From a virus (Duplodnaviria > Caudoviricetes), in the IMG/VR virus record IMGVR_UViG_3300011260_000073, positions 1,749 to 65,748 of that record: DNA of 64,000 nt, one strand, 5' to 3'. The notes under the pieces were generated by a model. That model was not told the origin of the DNA. It saw nothing but the letters and a program-made list of their open reading frames with translations, and searched no databases. Shown here piece after piece: positions 29,976 through 38,717 of this stretch. The first letter of the stretch is position 1, and each line of letters opens with the position of its first letter. A program made the position numbers and the translations under genes.

Positions 29976-30404
29976 CTAAGCCGTAATATCGTCCGTGATA
30001 GTAATGCCGACATTCTTTCCTAGTAGCCGGCTGGTAGCGGGCTTCTTGCCCCCAAACTTCATGAGCTCTGCTGCGTAGGACAGCACGTCCATCTTGTCGT
30101 CTTTGTCGTACTCGATTATGCCGCCGGGTTTAGCGTTCAGCATAGCGTTACGTAGCTCCTGAATCCTTGTCGCCTTTGGAGCTGCGGACATAGAGCCATA
30201 CAGGTCGTTCGCGTGAATCCGAGTACCCACCATCGTCGCCATACCTGATTTATTAGGAGCAGCTGGGTCGACACCCATGTTTACAGGTGTGCCTTGCAGA
30301 GTGAGCATTACTACTTTAGCGTTGAGTCGTTCGATGAGGTCGTCTTGTTCGTCTACGCGTTTAACGAGAGTTTCGAGAGTTTTTTCGATTTCTTTATGCT
30401 TCAT
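29976..30404 (-). CDS. hypothetical protein
   Basis: 142-aa ORF between terL and portal with GAGG SD. Confidence 0.55.
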   Translation of the reverse strand: MKHKEIEKTLETLVKRVDEQDDLIERLNAKVVMLTLQGTPVNMGVDPAAPNKSGMATMVGTRIHANDLYGSMSAAPKATRIQELRNAMLNAKPGGIIEYDKDDKMDVLSYAAELMKFGGKKPATSRLLGKNVGITITDDITA

Positions 30405-30421
30405 GGAGACCGCCTCATTAT

Positions 30422-32242
30422 TTATTGAGCCATCGGCGCTTTACTACGCCCGTTGGCTACGTGTGCATTAAGTCCGTCTCTCCATGACTTCCTCCGTCGC
30501 GCTTTCGGAGGTCTTGGTGGTTCTGCAGCTATAGCCATCCTGGCTAACCATGATACAGCATCTACGATGTCATCATGAACCCCACCAGGGAATCGTAGCA
30601 TCTCATGCTGGGTAACTTCAAGCCATGATGCCGTCGCAGGGAAGTATACCATACCTTGCTGCATCCGCCCCTGTAACGGTCTTGCCCGGATAGTTTTGTC
30701 ATTTATCGGCACGAGGTTGTTATCGTAGGTCGGATATAACCGACGCTCTTTCTGCAGCTTCTTGAGCGTGGGCTTCATCGACAGTTCCAGCTGACCGCGC
30801 TCAATGCCTATTACTACAGGGCTGTACTTGTTGTACTTGGAGTACATGTTGAGGATAGCGTCGGCGCATTCGTGGGTATTCATCCGTGCGCGTATCACGT
30901 CGACGATGTATAACTGGTCGTCATAATCCAAGCCGCCGACCACACCTACCGAATAATCGTTGGTCTGTTTCTCACCTACGGCCAAGTCCCACGCCATAAA
31001 TAATTTCATATCCGAGAGGTTGGGTATGCTCGGTGTAAACCTGAACATCGGCTTGGTGAAGAATACGCCTTCGTCTGGTACCGGGTTCTGCTGGTATAGA
31101 GCTGACCAATGCCTCGGCTGTAGCGACCGGCGTATACGACGCAGCCGCTTGGTAGGGAATCGCGCATCGTGCAGCGCTTCCCCTTTATTACGCAGCAACT
31201 TGGCACCATCACGTGGCACGTCGATAATCATGCCGCCTCTGGCCAGATACTCATCAGAGGTAGCCTCGGCTGGGTAGGAAACTATCTCCCAGTTGTCGAT
31301 TTCCTCTTCTGGGATACCCTCTTCGCGTAGGTTCTTCATCTGCTGGATGAGCCGGCCACTTAAATCGTCATCGTGCCAGCGGGTCTGAATAACCAATACG
31401 CCACCACCGGGAGATAACCGGGTGTAGGCCGTTGAACCGTACCAGTCCCAGTTGGACTCACGTATTGTTTCGGAGTCAGCTTCTTGTGCGTCCTTAATCG
31501 GGTCGTCGATAATCAGGCAATGCGCACCTTTACCGGTGATACCACCACCAACACCAGCTGCAACATAGCCACCACCTGCTGTGGTATTCCACTGCTCTGC
31601 GGCTGTGCTCTCCGGGTCGAGCATAGTGTCGGGGAACATCGCTTTATACGCGGGGTCCTTAATACGGCCACGCACTTTACGCGAGAATCCGAGCGGTAGG
31701 CTCACCGCATATGAACTGGCGATGACCTCGAAGTCGGGGTTGTGGCCAAGTAACCATGACGGGAAGTAGTCGGAGGCAATAAGCGACTTGCCGTGCCGTG
31801 GTGGCATGAACAACATTAGTCGCGGGGACTCTCCGCGCTCGATGGCGTGCATGAATTTCTCGAGCCTGGTGCAAATATCGTGGTGTACCCAGCCTGCATC
31901 GTACTTGGGCTGGAACCGCTTGATAAAGTATATGAGCTTCTTCTTGGCGAGTGTGCGTACGGCAAGTTCTTTCTGCCCTTCACCGAGCAATTTCTTCTTC
32001 TCACGCGCAATTTTACGCACGTAGGCCATTTTATTTACGCGCTTGTCACGCGCAACCTGCTGCTCTTTCTTCTTTAAGGCTTTTTCGTCACGGCGCTGCT
32101 GTACCTGTAGGGCGAGCTCATCACCTTCGGCTTTAGCTATGCAGACAAGGCACACTTTTGAGTAAGTCTGTGGCTTTGTGCCCAACCGACTAAAGTGTTT
32201 GAGGTGTTTTTCCTGTTCACAGGTGATGCAGGTTCTAGGCAT
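30422..32242 (-). CDS. terL: terminase large subunit
   Basis: Walker A MPPRHGKS, GGGITGKGAHCLIIDDPIK, IQTRWHDDDLSG, WSALYQQNP, nuclease WDLA and HDDIVDA. Confidence 0.95.
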   Translation of the reverse strand: MPRTCITCEQEKHLKHFSRLGTKPQTYSKVCLVCIAKAEGDELALQVQQRRDEKALKKKEQQVARDKRVNKMAYVRKIAREKKKLLGEGQKELAVRTLAKKKLIYFIKRFQPKYDAGWVHHDICTRLEKFMHAIERGESPRLMLFMPPRHGKSLIASDYFPSWLLGHNPDFEVIASSYAVSLPLGFSRKVRGRIKDPAYKAMFPDTMLDPESTAAEQWNTTAGGGYVAAGVGGGITGKGAHCLIIDDPIKDAQEADSETIRESNWDWYGSTAYTRLSPGGGVLVIQTRWHDDDLSGRLIQQMKNLREEGIPEEEIDNWEIVSYPAEATSDEYLARGGMIIDVPRDGAKLLRNKGEALHDARFPTKRLRRIRRSLQPRHWSALYQQNPVPDEGVFFTKPMFRFTPSIPNLSDMKLFMAWDLAVGEKQTNDYSVGVVGGLDYDDQLYIVDVIRARMNTHECADAILNMYSKYNKYSPVVIGIERGQLELSMKPTLKKLQKERRLYPTYDNNLVPINDKTIRARPLQGRMQQGMVYFPATASWLEVTQHEMLRFPGGVHDDIVDAVSWLARMAIAAEPPRPPKARRRKSWRDGLNAHVANGRSKAPMAQ

Positions 32243-32738
32243 CGTCGTCAGTCTCGGCGTTTTCGTCCACTTCGTTCGGAATTTCATAGAACTCGGCGTC
32301 GATAATCATCTCGTCACCGGCTTCTGCAATTAATTCAACCAAGGCCTGCTCCGAGAGGTCTTCGAGCTGGGTGACAATACGTTTTTGGGCACCGGTAATC
32401 TCCAGTGTGCGCTTCTCGGGGGCGTAGTTACCCTGCATTTTGTTCAGTTCGCCATAGCCACGAATCATTCCAAGCGGGTCTGCCTGCAATTTGGCAATAT
32501 TTATAGCATCGAGGACACCCGCTTCGATATCTTTACGGGTAATCCGTGCTTCAGAGCGAATTTGTTCCTTAATGGCTTCGTATTGGGCGAGTATTTCAGG
32601 CTTGGCGAGCAAATCTCTGCATGATTTATCAGCATTCTTGTAACCGGCGTAGCCAGCAGCCTGAATAGGCACCATGCCCATCTGTATACCTTCAAGAAAC
32701 TTTTCCGGGGTAGGATTATGCTTCGCCATATGCGACAC
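32235..32738 (-). CDS. terS: terminase small subunit
   Basis: QAAGYAGY...DLLAKPEI HTH-like start, ELNKMQG.YAPEK motif, overlaps terL start. Confidence 0.8.
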   Translation of the reverse strand: MSHMAKHNPTPEKFLEGIQMGMVPIQAAGYAGYKNADKSCRDLLAKPEILAQYEAIKEQIRSEARITRKDIEAGVLDAINIAKLQADPLGMIRGYGELNKMQGNYAPEKRTLEITGAQKRIVTQLEDLSEQALVELIAEAGDEMIIDAEFYEIPNEVDENAETDDDA

Positions 32739-32916
32739 CCTCCTTGAATCTCTTCAATTCACGGTTAGAATTCCCTTCTCTCTGGGTGTTTGAGAACACT
32801 CGACGATTTTTTTTAGTCTTATCCTGCCGGTGCTGCGGTTTCTGCTTGCGGTTCATTGTCTCTATCCTTGAGAACTAGATTTCATGGATATTATAGACAG
32901 AGTATGGGGTGTTTTG

Positions 32917-33108
32917 CTAATGCAGCTCCCTACCATCAAGCGGCGAGTTGTTTTCTATCCAATCTAACGGGGTTAATTTAGGGTCACCTTCCACTGCGTC
33001 AATCATTTCAAAGACACGGTCTCTCGCAACGTCGTCATCATCGCAGATAGCATAAATCATCCGAATGGCTTGGCAAAAATAATAAATTTCATCTGGACTG
33101 TCGGACAT
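32917..33108 (-). CDS. hypothetical protein
   Basis: 63-aa ORF packed against the upstream gene. Confidence 0.45.
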   Translation of the reverse strand: MSDSPDEIYYFCQAIRMIYAICDDDDVARDRVFEMIDAVEGDPKLTPLDWIENNSPLDGRELH

Positions 33109-33109
33109 A

Positions 33110-33385
33110 TCAGCAGGCAGGCCTGTTCGGATTATAAAACGGTCTGAATGGAGAGGACTGTCGTGGTTCAGATAATTTTAGTGGCCTGAACGTAGGGTCT
33201 ATTTCTCTCAGCGGGAATTCTCTGTCTACTTCCGGCGTGACTTTGTTAAATACCAGCGCGAGGTGGTTCCTAATACTAAGTATCTCGTTTACTTCCAGCT
33301 CACCTTCTCTGTCTTCGAATTTACCTTGCAGCCAATAGCAGAATTGTTCTGGTGACATGTCGAATCTCCTTGAGTGAGGTTGCAT
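33110..33385 (-). CDS. small phage protein (SPEQFCYWLQG-type)
   Basis: FCYWLQG.FE...IRNHLALVFNKVTP motif recalled from many phages; true start probably the Met of MSPEQ. Confidence 0.6.
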   Translation of the reverse strand: MQPHSRRFDMSPEQFCYWLQGKFEDREGELEVNEILSIRNHLALVFNKVTPEVDREFPLREIDPTFRPLKLSEPRQSSPFRPFYNPNRPAC

Positions 33386-33636
33386 TATAGCTTGGTTTCT
33401 TTGTGAAAAATAATAATAATTTTTTTGTTATTTTGCTATAGAGAGCGTGGGGGTGGGGGGTACCCTACCTCTGTAATTGGTACCCCCACTTCGGATTCGT
33501 GTTTCAGATTCGGCAAAGGGGACCCTAATGGTTACCGCGAAGGGCCACCCCCTCACCCCCACCCCCCTGAGCACAGTGCCTGTGGGCATGTGTCAGTAAT
33601 ACTCTTATTCTCGTCGCTCGCGTTGCACGCTCCCGT

Positions 33637-33679
33637 TCGGATTCCTTACAGTATCATTAACGAGGAGAAACAACATGAA
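33637..33679 (+). promoter_or_regulatory. early leader motif copy 1 (TCGGATTCC-N6-TATCATTAAC-GAGGAG)
   Basis: Near-identical copy at 35294-35325; 21-nt RBS block AACGAGGAGAAACAACATGAA repeated exactly at 34056-34076. Confidence 0.55.
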
Positions 33680-33776
33680 ACAACTCATCATCAACTTCCT
33701 GCTACGCATCGGGTACCTCAGTCACTACGACAACTACACAGGCCCTGTATGCACCGACGATGAAATCACCTACTAA
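33675..33776 (+). CDS. 33-aa early peptide
   Basis: GAGGAG SD; MKQLIINFLLRIGYLSHYDNYTGPVCTDDEITY*. Confidence 0.5.
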   Translation: MKQLIINFLLRIGYLSHYDNYTGPVCTDDEITY

Positions 33777-33787
33777 GGAGAAACACC

Positions 33788-34006
33788 ATGCAGTTCATAT
33801 CCAGCTCACAGACACCGGGTCGCATCACACGCAAAGTCCTACTCACTACTGAGGAAGCTCAGTTCTCAGACGCAGACCTCATCACCGTAGCAGACAACAG
33901 CGGGCGCCACGGCAAACCAGCTCGCCACTTCGGCGGCAACGTCAAAAAAGCTAAAGGCCTCAAGACCGACCGCATTTATGCACTCATCGATATCTACACA
34001 GATTAA
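33788..34006 (+). CDS. hypothetical early protein
   Basis: AAGGAG SD; 72 aa. Confidence 0.65.
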   Translation: MQFISSSQTPGRITRKVLLTTEEAQFSDADLITVADNSGRHGKPARHFGGNVKKAKGLKTDRIYALIDIYTD

Positions 34007-34071
34007 GGAGGCGGCTTCGCCGCCCCGCCGGCAACCGCCGTGGGAATTTACCATCAACGAGGAGAAACAAC

Positions 34072-34215
34072 ATGAAGACCAAGACAGTAGCAGCCATCAT
34101 CTTAGTAGGCACCATCGCCAGCATGGTACAGAATGACATGTTCACTATAGTACATGCTGGTGTAGTAGTGCTTAGCGCCGCAGTAATCCTCTTCGCTAAA
34201 GGAGCAAAGCCATAA
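34072..34215 (+). CDS. small membrane peptide (47 aa)
   Basis: GAGGAG SD; two hydrophobic stretches; TAATG coupling to the next small ORF. Confidence 0.5.
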   Translation: MKTKTVAAIILVGTIASMVQNDMFTIVHAGVVVLSAAVILFAKGAKP

Positions 34216-34924
34216 TGCAAATACATCACATGCCTTGGATGGACACAGTTCCAGTGTTCAAAGTTACTGCACACGACCTTATTATCATCAAGAGCCTTGG
34301 CGGTAGCCCGCGTGGCCTTGGACACGAGTACAAAAACAAAGCAGCAGATACCGCCAACGCAGTAATACATAGGATGATGACATCATGAACAGAGCACGCA
34401 GAGCATGGCACCGCAAGTGGGATGACATCATCTTCACAGCAGGTGTTATATTTTTAATGACGTTCTTTACTGCCCTGTGCATGGGCGTTATCTATGCAAA
34501 GTCACTACAACCCGTTTACCTCTAGGAGACACACCATGAAGAAAGTAACACTCAGTTTCAACGTTCCAACATTCTCAATGCCAAACATTCCAAGCGTCGA
34601 TGTTACCGTGCTCAAAGATGCTGCGAGTGCAGTGCTGGTGGACACCACCTCAGCTGCACGCGGCAGCGTAGCTCGGCAACTTAGCTGCTTGGCTTCTTAT
34701 ATCGAACCTTCAAAAGAGGCAGCAACTAAACCAGAGTAACGAAACCCCTATATTCATAGGCTCTAAGCATTCTAAAACACTTAGCGTCTATGTTTATAGG
34801 TACTTTTGTCTGTGTACATGAGAGAGGGGGAGCGGGGTCGTAGAGCCCATATTCACCGACCTGAGGGAAACACAAAAACTTAACTCTTTGATTTCACTAC
34901 AGCAGTATATTAGGAAAACCCTAT

Positions 34925-35268
34925 GTGTTACGAAAATGGCCTGCACTTGCCCCATACAGATATAGTGTTTTACTCTTACCCCAATAATACATACCTTTTT
35001 TGTTCTACTAACTTTAACCTCTTTTTGGAACAAATAGCCTTATATCCTATATTCTCCCTGTAAATCAGTCACTTAGAGTGTTACGAAATTTCGTAACAGT
35101 TACGATATTTTTCGTAACATAGCCCTTATGCTCAAAAACCAAGAAACAGCAAAACCGTGCTACTCGCCTACCCAGATACCAAGGTGTTACGAAAATGACC
35201 TCTCTAAGTCATTGATGTTCCAAAAACGTTCCAATAAATAACCCAGTTTCGTAACACTTTCGTAACAC
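34925..35268. repeat. iteron-like repeat cluster, candidate replication origin
   Basis: Eight GTTACGA/TCGTAAC copies including perfect 20-bp palindrome 35079-35098; IHF-like sites at 35063 and 35205; AT-rich and ORF-free. Confidence 0.7.
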
Positions 35269-35333
35269 CCACGCTTTTCGTGCCTCAAAGCGCTCGGATT
35301 CCACTCAAATATCATTAACAAGGAGTAACAAAC

Positions 35334-35684
35334 ATGTCAGAACTTCGACTAATCATTGCTGGGTCACGTGCTTTTAATAACTACGACTCATTGGTCAATG
35401 CTATGGAACAACTTAATATCCAACCTACTACTATAATCAGTGGCACTGCTCGTGGCGCTGACCGTCTGGGAGAACGCTACGCTAAAGAACACAACATCAA
35501 ATTAATACGCATGCCTGCTGACTGGAATACATATGGTAAAAGCGCTGGGTACCTGCGCAACAAAGCCATGGCTGAACGAGCTGATATGTTAATAGCCCTT
35601 TGGGATGGTATCAGTCCCGGCACGCAGCACATGATTAACATTGCTACTGCCAAACACCTCACCATCCACGTAATTAAGGAGTAA
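35334..35684 (+). CDS. SLOG-family protein (DUF2493 / YspA-like)
   Basis: IIAGSR.F, ISGTARGADRLGERYA, ADWNTYGKSAGYLRNKAMA, WDG.S.GT.HMI. Confidence 0.88.
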   Translation: MSELRLIIAGSRAFNNYDSLVNAMEQLNIQPTTIISGTARGADRLGERYAKEHNIKLIRMPADWNTYGKSAGYLRNKAMAERADMLIALWDGISPGTQHMINIATAKHLTIHVIKE

Positions 35685-35873
35685 TTAAAATGCTCACTAA
35701 AGCCTACACTGCCAAAGGACAACGAGTGCTACTTTCAGAAGTACCTTGCCCACGTTCAGACAAACTCCAATGGGCATGGGTATGTGGCGCAAACCACAAA
35801 GCACTCTTCCCCAACAAAGTAATTGCTGTTGAGAACTACGGACTAACACGCATTCACGACTAGGAGAAATAAC

Positions 35874-36657
35874 ATGCCAGATGACTACACAGCGAATAAC
35901 CCAGACATCGTCATCACCCCAACCGAAACGATGATTTCATTCCCTAAAACAAGAGAGGTCACAACCCTGACCCCAGCTAGTATCACGCTGTACTTAGACC
36001 AAGCAGACTTCGTCACCGGAGTACCCGCATCACTGAGCATTGATGAAATATTACACATCATTAAAACTCACTATGAAGGAGACCATAATGACTCGGATTG
36101 AATATATGGAAAAACGCATGCAACTCACCGAGCAACTGCTCACAGCTATCCTAGAAACCGAGTACGACCCAACCGAGGAGAACAAAGTAAGCCTGAGACA
36201 AAGAAAGCTATTCTACCAAGTAGACCTGCTTGCCCTAAAAGCCAAAGCCGTTAGTGAAGGAGTAATACCCCATGAGTAAAACACGCGTTGTTATATCCCC
36301 ACAAGTTGTCACTATCTTTGATGATAGACACAACATCATTACTCACCTTAACCCCGAAGACCTAACCATCGACATCCAGGTCGCCCATGACGAATACCAA
36401 ACCGTCGACTTACAAGCCCTTAGCAGCATAATACAAGGAACATCATCATGTCCCCAGAACTAAAACAATTCCTTTACCTCTGCGCTGATTCAGCACGTAA
36501 ACTCTCAGCCAATCCAATGATGTACAAAATGAACGAGACCCTCATGGTCGAACTTTCTGTATACATCGCAGACAAAGACAGAGCCCTCGCCCTGCAACAG
36601 GATGTCATTGACGCTCAGGTCGACCGTATACAAGGGCTAGGAAGGGCAATACGATGA
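35874..36657 (+). CDS. four overlapping small hypothetical early genes (35874-36101, 36040-36279, 36272-36463, 36448-36657)
   Basis: Consecutive coupled ORFs with AGGA(G) SD sequences; strongly A/C-rich coding strand. Confidence 0.55.
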
Positions 36658-36841
36658 TTACCTACCCAGAAATAGAAGCCTTTGCTAAAAAGCACAAGCT
36701 CTCCAACGTAACAGCCCACAAGATACTAAGGCGCATAAACAAGCATAGTCATATGCTACAACTACTACGCCTTGAAAAACTATATCCAAATTAAAAACTG
36801 TCATTAAGAAGCAATCAATGTAAATCAAAAAGGTAAAACAA

Positions 36842-37060
36842 ATGTCAGATACATATCAAGCAGCAACACATATCGTTACTCATCATGAGCTAGCGATTTC
36901 CTTATCCGAAGAAGACGGATATGCAGAGAGTCCAGAAGAGTTGTTATCAGCTCTTGAATCAGTAGCAGAACGGATTTATGAACGTAATCCAGCTGTTGCT
37001 ACCTCATTACGGGAGTTCATCAACCAATACGTAGAAGACCGGTTGCAGTACTTCATGTAA
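36842..37060 (+). CDS. small acidic hypothetical protein
   Basis: 72 aa, AAGGT SD, flanked by 24-nt imperfect direct repeats. Confidence 0.55.
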   Translation: MSDTYQAATHIVTHHELAISLSEEDGYAESPEELLSALESVAERIYERNPAVATSLREFINQYVEDRLQYFM

Positions 37061-37137
37061 TAAAGAAGCAGTAAATGTAATTCAAATGAACGAGATGTCT
37101 GAATTAAAACTAATCTTAAATCAAAGGAAATATTATC

Positions 37138-37866
37138 ATGAAAAAGAAAACAATATCAGCAACACCTTCAAAGAACGCAGTTGTTAAGAAAACACCTGCT
37201 AAGGAAGCAGTTGCCGAAGCACCAGCAGGCGACGCTCCTGAAATTGGCGGTGGTAGTAGCAATACCCCAGCCAAAGAAGCAAAGTCAGTGACTCTCGACA
37301 ACCTCGAAGACCTCGAAGCACACCGTGAAGTCATCGTTCCACCAGTGCTCGCTATGCACGGCGGTATGATTTCCATCCTCATTCATGATGAGTCAATGGC
37401 TGACGACAGCTTCACCGTTACCAGCATCCTGCAAGGCATTGCCAACAACCTGCAACGTCAGAAAATCAAGGCTGAAGACATCATCAATGACCTCGAGACA
37501 CAGGAAAAGCACAACCTCGAAGGTAAGTTCGATGCCGAGGGCACGATGGTACAAGGTCCGAAGGTCGACGAAGCCGGCAACACGGTTGGCCTGTCCGACA
37601 ATCAGCACATCCTCATGGATAAGCTGGATGACCAGTTGGACTGCATCAGCCACGCGTACATCGACCTCCAGAAGTTCTGGGACGACAACAACGACAACCC
37701 AAACTACAAGTTGTTCTTCCAGACCGACAGCCAGCGTCGTATTGCAGCTGCTAAGTACGCAGCCGCTAACACGCAAAATGCCAACACCGGCACCACCGAA
37801 GCTGCCAAACTGGTACGCGAGGAACGCAAGCTCAAGCGTGAAGCTCGCTTCGCACAACAGCACTAA
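37138..37866 (+). CDS. hypothetical protein, probably highly expressed
   Basis: 242 aa; C-ending codon bias; Lys/Ala-rich N-terminus; AAGGA SD. Confidence 0.7.
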   Translation: MKKKTISATPSKNAVVKKTPAKEAVAEAPAGDAPEIGGGSSNTPAKEAKSVTLDNLEDLEAHREVIVPPVLAMHGGMISILIHDESMADDSFTVTSILQGIANNLQRQKIKAEDIINDLETQEKHNLEGKFDAEGTMVQGPKVDEAGNTVGLSDNQHILMDKLDDQLDCISHAYIDLQKFWDDNNDNPNYKLFFQTDSQRRIAAAKYAAANTQNANTGTTEAAKLVREERKLKREARFAQQH

Positions 37867-38041
37867 GCAGAAAAGAGCTCGTTAAGGGTGACCACTCATA
37901 CCAACTTGAAAACCCTCAGTCAGGTGAAATGCCTGACACTTATTCCGGGATAAGTACCCTGCCCTGAAATAGTGTTCTTAGTCGTTCGCACCTAGTCCAA
38001 GCGAAACGTCCTGTTCGGGTGAGATGCCCGCCGTCTTAAAC

Positions 38042-38102
38042 TATTTAGCAGTATGGTGTCCAGGTTGCACTTGGACGCAATACTACTAAATACTTTTTTT
38101 TT
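38042..38102 (+). terminator. long-hairpin intrinsic terminator
   Basis: TATTTAG.AGTAT..TGTCCAGGT-TGC-ACTTGGACG..ATACT.CTAAATA followed by T9. Confidence 0.7.
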
Positions 38103-38132
38103 AAACACTAATTACCCCGTGGGGAGAGCAAC

Positions 38133-38594
38133 ATGCAATTTAACAGAAACTCTTGGCACTACAAACTACTCACAGAAGGTGAGTTCAAAACAGACTCACT
38201 TGCATACAAAATCAAATGGAGCCCAATTTCACTCTGCCCATACGCTCGTGCAGTACTCAAGCAATTAATAGTAAGCATCCTAGTGTACGGAATAATTGTT
38301 AGTGTAGCAGTATCCCTACTGTACGCACCAGCAATCGTAATAACCTGGTTAGTATATGGAATTCCATGGATTAACCCACCAGCAGAATTCCTATATCTTG
38401 TAGGTAGTGCTATATATACCTTTATAGCAATCATAGCTGCCATAATCGGAACTACCATTAGTATAAAATGGATACGAACAAAACTCCCAAAGCGGAAGCA
38501 AGCCACTTCAGTACATAAAGAACCGAACTTACTTGTAGAATATATAAAAGCAGTTCACAAAAAAGTATGCCCAATAATTACCTTTAAAGACTAA
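38133..38594 (+). CDS. membrane protein
   Basis: SWHYKL, SLCPY motifs, two to three TM segments, C-terminal K.KVCP.I.F. Confidence 0.7.
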   Translation: MQFNRNSWHYKLLTEGEFKTDSLAYKIKWSPISLCPYARAVLKQLIVSILVYGIIVSVAVSLLYAPAIVITWLVYGIPWINPPAEFLYLVGSAIYTFIAIIAAIIGTTISIKWIRTKLPKRKQATSVHKEPNLLVEYIKAVHKKVCPIITFKD

Positions 38595-38717
38595 AGCAAT
38601 GAGACTTTGGATATCAACTTGCTACATACTCGGCTTTCTCTTTGGAGCAGCGTTTGTAATCAGCTTCCTACTTAGCACACAGCTAATCACATATGACGAC
38701 CTAACAGGACTACTGCC

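Noticed and set aside
3053-32136. Many plus-strand ORFs opposite the structural genes
   Set aside because: Antisense shadows of codon-biased minus-strand genes, with no SDs or recognisable motifs
34925-35268. CRISPR array
   Set aside because: Repeats are 7-14 nt, in both orientations and irregularly spaced; the Cas4-like nuclease is a common stand-alone phage exonuclease
37915-38035. FMN riboswitch (two GGTGARAT-type hairpins)
   Set aside because: Lacks the conserved AGGGC, ACCGGCGGT, AGCCGAC and AGTCTGGATG segments, and no flavin gene follows
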